The notes below the pieces were generated by a model. That model saw only the letters and a program-made list of their open reading frames with translations, did not search any database and had not been told where the DNA came from. From the NCBI GenBank assembly GCA_012800475.1, contig JAAZJF010000092.1, positions 1 through 34,477 of the forward strand: a DNA stretch of 34,477 nucleotides, in the 5' to 3' direction. Position numbers and translations under genes: made by a program. The first letter of the stretch is position 1. Every line of letters begins with the position of its first letter. This document shows positions 29,308 to 34,477 of this stretch, one piece after another. The DNA comes from Gammaproteobacteria bacterium (GTDB taxonomy: Bacteria; Pseudomonadota; Gammaproteobacteria; Pseudomonadales; Pseudomonadaceae).

Positions 29308-29706
29308 ATGCTGATTGAGCATTACGCGCTGATTAAAACGCTACATATCAGCTTGGCATTGCTCAGTGGTGTGGTGTTTGTGTTGCGCGGGCTGTGGGTC
29401 TTGTTGTCTGCTGTTGCGTTGCCGCGAGTACTACACCGCATCAGTTATGCGGTCGATAGTGCTTTATTGCTTGCAGCCTTATTATTGCTGGCTGGATTAA
29501 GTTTCACACCCTTAGCTGCAGCTTGGTTGCAGGCTAAGTTGCTGTTGTTGCTCGTCTATATCGCCTGTGGCGCCGTGGTTTTTCGCGTTCAATACCCGAT
29601 TGCAGTGCGTTGGCTGGCGTGTCGTGCAGCGCTGCTGTGTTATGCAGGTGTGTATTACTCGGCGCGTATGCATCAGCCATTTGCTGGCATATTGAGCGGT
29701 TTCTAA
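29308..29706 (+). CDS. SirB2 family membrane protein
   Basis: YALIKTLHI...LSG..FVLRGLW, VDSALL, WLQAKLLLLLVYI.G, and ARMHQP. Start moved from 29194 (inside tRNA-Leu) to the ATG at 29308. Confidence 0.82.
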   Translation: MLIEHYALIKTLHISLALLSGVVFVLRGLWVLLSAVALPRVLHRISYAVDSALLLAALLLLAGLSFTPLAAAWLQAKLLLLLVYIACGAVVFRVQYPIAVRWLACRAALLCYAGVYYSARMHQPFAGILSGF

Positions 29707-30042
29707 CTAGGTGTCGTCAGCAGGGCGGTGCGTGAGTTGCAGTAGGGTGTCGCTATTGTCTGTGCGCGTATAAAAGCCTGCGGGTGCCTTGCCTTTTAGG
29801 TACCAAGCAAAGGCGATAATTTCTGCAACCGTTTGATAAAGCGACTCAGGTATCGCATCGCCGAGCTCGAGTCGTGCCAGTAAACGCACTAAGTCTGCGT
29901 TTTCATAGATAGGCACATCATTTTCGCGCGCAATCTGTAAGATTTCTTCAGCTAGAGCATCATTGCCTTTGGCCGTGACATTGGGTGCGTTTTGGCCATC
30001 ATATTTTAAGGCAATCGCTTGGCGTTCAGTGGGTGTGTTCAT
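29707..30042 (-). CDS. Stand-alone FlhB C-terminal-like protein (EscU/YscU/HrcU switch family, FlhX-like)
   Basis: AIALKYDGQNAPNVTAKG...AEEILQIARENDVPIYEN...LELGDAIPESLYQTVAEIIAF. No TM domain and no NPTH. Confidence 0.9.
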   Translation of the reverse strand: MNTPTERQAIALKYDGQNAPNVTAKGNDALAEEILQIARENDVPIYENADLVRLLARLELGDAIPESLYQTVAEIIAFAWYLKGKAPAGFYTRTDNSDTLLQLTHRPADDT

Positions 30043-31571
30043 GCTAAGTCATCAATCCAGCGTTGTTGTAAATTGGTTTTTTCACCTTCGGGGGGCGCGC
30101 CTTGATGGCAGGTCAAATCTTTAACTGTCAGGCCGATGCCCAGTAAACGATCGCGCAAATGAGCGAGCTCATGATCAATCAATTGTGCGGTGGCATCACT
30201 TTGAGCCCAGAGTTGGCTCGAAATACTGCTGCCTTGCAAGCTGGCTTGGATATGTAAAGGGCCTAGAGGCTCTAAGTCAAAGCTTAAGTCAATTTTCCAC
30301 ACAGGAGTGATCTGCTTATCGTTTTTTTTATGCGTAGGCTCTTCATGTTGAAATTTGATTTGCAAGGGTACGATATGCGCTTGGTCCCGTGCCGGAACTT
30401 CCAGCTGCCAGACTGTCACTTGCGTGCCGTCATGCGTGGTGTGTGTTTGTCCAAGGCTCGACAGTTGATGGGTTTGTAAGCGCGATACAGCCGCTGCTGC
30501 TAAGCGCAATAAAGAGCCTAAATCATTCGGGTTATCGAGCGCTTGCAATATACGTCCAGGTAAGGGAAAGCGCATAGCTTGCTCACGCAGCTGTGTCTGA
30601 CTGTTTCCTAGTAATTGTTCGCGCAGTAAACTGGGCAGTGCTTGCGATAAGAGTGCGCTTTGCGAGGCTGCCAGCGTTGGATTGCTATTGGGCAGCATGG
30701 GCGCCAGTTGTGCGATTAAACGCAGCAGATGAGCCTTCATGTCTTGGCTTGCGGGATCAAGTGCTCCGCCCAATAAGCGGTTTTCTAGCTGGGAGCCACT
30801 ATTAACTAAACTTTGTGTCAGCTTTTTGGGGTCTGTGAGCGCATTGAATTCGGGCAGGCCGGCAAGAAGTTGCTTGATTGTTTTAAGTGCGTCTGGCGTT
30901 AAACCGTCGTTTGCCACGCCATCCAGCCCCTTAAACAGCTGGCCCAGTGAGCCTTGTTGATTAAACTGCTTTTGTAACTCTTGGTTGATGGCTAAAGGCT
31001 CGAGACGTGTATTGAGGGGTTGAAATGTAAGTTGTTGTGCGCCGTCAATACGCGCAGTAAACACTGTGTTCAGAGGTAGAGATTTGGGACTCTCAATCTG
31101 CAGTTGCTGGCCTGCAAGCGCTGAATTAGCCACAGTCACTGTCATTTTAAAGCCACCTTGAGCGCTGGGCTCGACCTGTGTGACTTTGCCTTCGAGTAAA
31201 GTACCAGGTGGGAGCACGTTGGTGTCAATACGGGTGGCCGGCGGTGCGTTATGAGTTGGCATTAAACTGAATGACAGTTGTTGTGCGGATAGGGCTGTCA
31301 CGTTAAGGGTCTGGCCGACCATTAAAGGTTGGTTGGTTTTAACTTCAAGCGTTTTGTACTGACCATCAGCGAGCGAGAGGCGCAATAGCGCTTGGAAAGT
31401 CTGCTGTGTTTCGCGCAATGCAAGGACTTGCGCCTGCGTAGAATCGCCAATGTTGAGTTGTGTAGGTAAGCTGCCTTGCAGTTGCAAAGTGGAATTGACA
31501 GCCTGTACAGCAGGACGCTGCACATTGTGGGTGCTAGGGGAAGGGCGTGTTGAAGGTATTTCACTGGCCAT
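30039..31571 (-). CDS. FliK-like (hook-length control C-terminal domain) protein
   Basis: Long Q/P/L/T-rich region followed by WKIDLSFDLEPLGPLHIQASL...SQLWA...LRDRLLGIGLTV, a T3S4-type domain. Overlaps the FlhB-C gene by 4 nt. Probable start at 31571. Confidence 0.8.
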   Translation of the reverse strand: MASEIPSTRPSPSTHNVQRPAVQAVNSTLQLQGSLPTQLNIGDSTQAQVLALRETQQTFQALLRLSLADGQYKTLEVKTNQPLMVGQTLNVTALSAQQLSFSLMPTHNAPPATRIDTNVLPPGTLLEGKVTQVEPSAQGGFKMTVTVANSALAGQQLQIESPKSLPLNTVFTARIDGAQQLTFQPLNTRLEPLAINQELQKQFNQQGSLGQLFKGLDGVANDGLTPDALKTIKQLLAGLPEFNALTDPKKLTQSLVNSGSQLENRLLGGALDPASQDMKAHLLRLIAQLAPMLPNSNPTLAASQSALLSQALPSLLREQLLGNSQTQLREQAMRFPLPGRILQALDNPNDLGSLLRLAAAAVSRLQTHQLSSLGQTHTTHDGTQVTVWQLEVPARDQAHIVPLQIKFQHEEPTHKKNDKQITPVWKIDLSFDLEPLGPLHIQASLQGSSISSQLWAQSDATAQLIDHELAHLRDRLLGIGLTVKDLTCHQGAPPEGEKTNLQQRWIDDLA

Positions 31572-31718
31572 TTCGATTGCAACCTGCTGTAAATGCTTTG
31601 TAAATGCCTGCCGCGCATACCGCACAGCTGTGTATAATCGCCACTTATTTAAAGTAGCGCCAGAGCAGTATAGCTGCTCTGTGAAAGCGACTTGAAACTT
31701 TTTGCAAGGCGATGTGTT

Positions 31719-32354
31719 GTGTCTGATGCTTATCTTGAGACGGTTGACTTAGCTTGTGAGCGTGATTGGCGGCTGCTATTTGAGCATTTAAATATCAGCG
31801 TACAACCCAAAGATATGCTGCAAGTGAGTGGCCCTAACGGTAGTGGTAAAACCAGCTTGCTGCGCTTAATGGCGGGCTTGATGCAGCCGACTGCAGGTGA
31901 GGTGCGGATTCAGGGTGTCAATATTCAGCAGCAGCGGCATGTATTAGCAGAAAACTTATTATGGCTGGGGCATGCGGCAGGTATTAAAGGCTTGTTAACC
32001 CCTGAAGAAAACCTTAAATGGCTCTCAGCCTTGCATCGCGGAGCAACACCTGAGCAGATTTGGCAGGCTTTAGCCGCGGTGGGTTTGGCTGGTTTTGAAG
32101 ATGTGCCTTGCCATACCTTGTCGGCTGGACAACAACGACGTGTCGGTCTAGCGCGTTTGTATTTAGATGCGCCGTTGTTGTGGATTTTAGATGAGCCCTT
32201 TACAGCATTGGATCAGCAGGCAGTGGCTCAGCTAGAGCAGCATTTAGCTCAGCATTGCGTGAATGGCGGCATGGTGATTTTAACCACGCACCACATTTTA
32301 CAGCACACACCCAGTACATTTCGTGAGCTGGATTTAGGGCGCAGGGCATTATGA
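31719..32354 (+). CDS. ccmA: Cytochrome c biogenesis haem export ATPase CcmA
   Basis: [29 protein letters not shown] and LTTH. Probable GTG start at 31719. Confidence 0.95.
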   Translation: MSDAYLETVDLACERDWRLLFEHLNISVQPKDMLQVSGPNGSGKTSLLRLMAGLMQPTAGEVRIQGVNIQQQRHVLAENLLWLGHAAGIKGLLTPEENLKWLSALHRGATPEQIWQALAAVGLAGFEDVPCHTLSAGQQRRVGLARLYLDAPLLWILDEPFTALDQQAVAQLEQHLAQHCVNGGMVILTTHHILQHTPSTFRELDLGRRAL

Positions 32355-33022
32355 AACATGTTTTTGTGTTGATGTTGGTGCGCGAAACACGTTTGATGTT
32401 GCGCAGGCCAGCTGAGCTGGTGAACCCATTGGTGTTTTTTGCCATCGTGATTGCATTGTTTCCACTGGCTGTTGGGCCTGAGTCGCAACTGTTGCAAACA
32501 TTATCACCGGGTTTGTTGTGGGTGGCGGCGTTATTAGCCGTGTTGTTGTCGCTCGATGGTTTGTTTCGCAGTGACTTTGAGGACGGCTCATTAGAGCAGT
32601 GGGTCGTTTCGCCGCATCCACTCGTCGTCTTGGTTCTTGCTAAGGTGCTGGCACATTGGTTGTATTGCGGCTTAGCCTTGGTGTTGTTGTCGCCTTTATT
32701 GGCCCTAATGCTGGGCTTGCCAGGTGATCGGATTCCCACTTTATTGTTTTCACTTGTGCTTGGGACACCCGTGTTAAGTTTGCTCGGTGCTGTAGGGGCG
32801 GCATTAACCGTTGGTTTAAAGCGCGGTGGGATATTATTGGCATTGTTGATTCTGCCGTTATACATTCCCGTGCTGATTTTAGGTAGCGGTGTCATTCAGG
32901 CAGCTTTACAAGGATTGCCCACGGCAGGTTACTTGTTGTGGATGGCCAGTTTGGCGATGCTAACCCTGACTTTGGCACCTTTTGCTATTGCTGCTGGATT
33001 GCGCATTAGTATCGGTGAATAA
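32351..33022 (+). CDS. ccmB: Haem exporter protein CcmB
   Basis: [18 protein letters not shown] and LPLYIPVLI; multi-TM protein overlapping ccmA (ATGA). Confidence 0.96.
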   Translation: MKHVFVLMLVRETRLMLRRPAELVNPLVFFAIVIALFPLAVGPESQLLQTLSPGLLWVAALLAVLLSLDGLFRSDFEDGSLEQWVVSPHPLVVLVLAKVLAHWLYCGLALVLLSPLLALMLGLPGDRIPTLLFSLVLGTPVLSLLGAVGAALTVGLKRGGILLALLILPLYIPVLILGSGVIQAALQGLPTAGYLLWMASLAMLTLTLAPFAIAAGLRISIGE

Positions 33023-33122
33023 GCCCTTAAGATGAATGTTGTGGTGGGTGAGTACACTGTATACATAGCGCATCATATGTTGTTGAGCGCATAACTGATT
33101 TTGAATAACGGTGAGTATTTCG

Positions 33123-33878
33123 ATGAATTGGACGTGGTTTCACAAGCTGGGCTCGCCCAAATGGTTTTATGAAATAAGCGGTCGCTGGTTGCCTTGGCTT
33201 AGCATCAGTGCAGCTGTACTGATGCTGGTGGGTGGTGTGCTCGGTTTAGCCTATGCGCCGCCTGACTATCAGCAGGGTAATAGTTTTCGTATTATTTATA
33301 TTCACGTTCCGGCTGCTTTTTTAGCACAGTCCACTTATATATCCCTCGCCATTGCAGGGATTGTCGGTTTGGTCTGGAAAATGAAAATTGCTGATGTGGC
33401 AGTTCAACAGGCCGCTCCTATTGGTGCATGGATGACGGTGATTGCATTATTCACGGGTGCAGTGTGGGGCAAACCGACCTGGGGAGCATGGTGGGTGTGG
33501 GATGCGCGCTTAACCGCGATGCTGATTTTACTGTTTTTGTATTTTGGCATTATCGCGCTCGGGCATGCCATTACTAACCGCGACAGTGCGGCTAAAGCCT
33601 GTGCGATTCTAGCTGTGGTGGGTGTTGTTAATATTCCCATCATCAAGTACTCGGTAGACTGGTGGAATACTTTGCATCAGCCAGCAACCTTTACCATCAC
33701 TGAAAAGCCTGCGATGCCCATGGAAATGTGGCTGCCATTGTTAATTATGACGCTGGGCTTTTATTGTTTTTTTGCTGCTGTATTGCTGATGCGCATGCGT
33801 ACAGAAGTGTTACGACGTGAGTCACGTACCCGTTGGGCACAAGCTGAAGTTGCACGAAAAATCGGGAGAGGTGTATGA
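33123..33878 (+). CDS. ccmC: Haem exporter protein CcmC
   Basis: Trp-rich [17 protein letters not shown] motif with flanking His residues (YIHVP, TLHQ). ATG at 33123; alternative GTG at 33111. Confidence 0.96.
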   Translation: MNWTWFHKLGSPKWFYEISGRWLPWLSISAAVLMLVGGVLGLAYAPPDYQQGNSFRIIYIHVPAAFLAQSTYISLAIAGIVGLVWKMKIADVAVQQAAPIGAWMTVIALFTGAVWGKPTWGAWWVWDARLTAMLILLFLYFGIIALGHAITNRDSAAKACAILAVVGVVNIPIIKYSVDWWNTLHQPATFTITEKPAMPMEMWLPLLIMTLGFYCFFAAVLLMRMRTEVLRRESRTRWAQAEVARKIGRGV

Positions 33879-34051
33879 GTTTTAATTCGTTTTCTGAGTT
33901 TTTAGCCATGGGCAATCACGGTGTGTATGTGTGGTCTGCCTATGGTGTCAGTTGTGCGATTTTAGCGTTGAATGTGGTGCTGCCATTATTAGCTCGCCAG
34001 CGTTACTTTAAAAATGAGGCGCGTCGTTTGCGTCGGGAGGCTCAGCAGTGA
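33875..34051 (+). CDS. ccmD: Haem exporter protein CcmD (58 aa)
   Basis: Absent from the ORF track; manual translation gives [58 protein letters not shown]. Confidence 0.93.
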   Translation: MSFNSFSEFLAMGNHGVYVWSAYGVSCAILALNVVLPLLARQRYFKNEARRLRREAQQ

Positions 34052-34477
34052 ATCCAGTCCGTAAAAAGCGTTTAATTATTATTGTTGCCATTTTGCTTGG
34101 TGTGGCTACGACAGCCGCCTTAGGCTTAAGTGCGTTGCAGCAAAATATCAATTTATTTTACACGCCTTCACAAATCATGAACGGTGAAGCGCCACAAGGT
34201 GCGCGTATTCGTGCTGGTGGTTTAGTTAAAGAAGGTTCAGTGAGTCGCAGTGAAGACTCGTTGACAGTGGACTTTATTGTGACAGACGGTGATGCTGATA
34301 CGGGTATTCAATACCGTGGGATTTTGCCGGACTTGTTTCGTGAGGGGCAGGGTATTGTGGCGATGGGCCGCTTAAATGAGGCTAACGTATTGATTGCTGA
34401 TGAGATTTTGGCGAAGCACGATGAAAACTATATGCCGCCTGAAGTCAGCAGTGCTTTAGAGAAAACCGGCATGCTAA
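34048..34477 (+). CDS. ccmE: Cytochrome c maturation haem chaperone CcmE (3' end runs off the window)
   Basis: GTG start giving MNPVRKKRL; contains [20 protein letters not shown] and the haem-binding [12 protein letters not shown]. Confidence 0.96.
   Translation, partial: MNPVRKKRLIIIVAILLGVATTAALGLSALQQNINLFYTPSQIMNGEAPQGARIRAGGLVKEGSVSRSEDSLTVDFIVTDGDADTGIQYRGILPDLFREGQGIVAMGRLNEANVLIADEILAKHDENYMPPEVSSALEKTGML

Noticed and set aside
32200-32895. 231-aa minus-strand ORF
   Set aside because: Antisense shadow of hydrophobic ccmB.
33023-33122. 100-bp ccmB-ccmC gap containing CTGTATAC
   Set aside because: Only a LexA half-site is present, with no convincing promoter or structure that I can support.

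Overview
Gene-dense core-genome segment of a Pseudomonadaceae bacterium with roughly 50% GC (judged by eye). A Thiopseudomonas/Denitrificimonas-like lineage is inferred from protein sequences and gene order. In order it contains metH (partial) and cti; slt, uup, uspA, fadBA, DUF1653, topA and a small acidic conserved protein; an RluA-family pseudouridine synthase and deaD; a class I glutamine amidotransferase and rmuC; a minus-strand cluster of four poorly characterised genes (ychJ, LEA-2 lipoprotein, His-rich SEC-C protein, DUF2489); dinG and a family VIII esterase; folD and a tRNA Arg-His-Leu operon; sirB2; a FliK-like/FlhB-C-like gene pair; and ccmABCDE (partial). I found no integrase, transposase, phage gene, CRISPR array, defence system or clear frameshift, so I cannot claim a new system. 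The best leads are the SEC-C/metal-binding cluster sharing a LexA box with dinG, the FliK/FlhB-C pair outside any flagellar context, a structured deaD leader, a palindrome-rich intergenic region, and several synteny breakpoints. Comparisons with P. aeruginosa PAO1 are from memory and were not computed.
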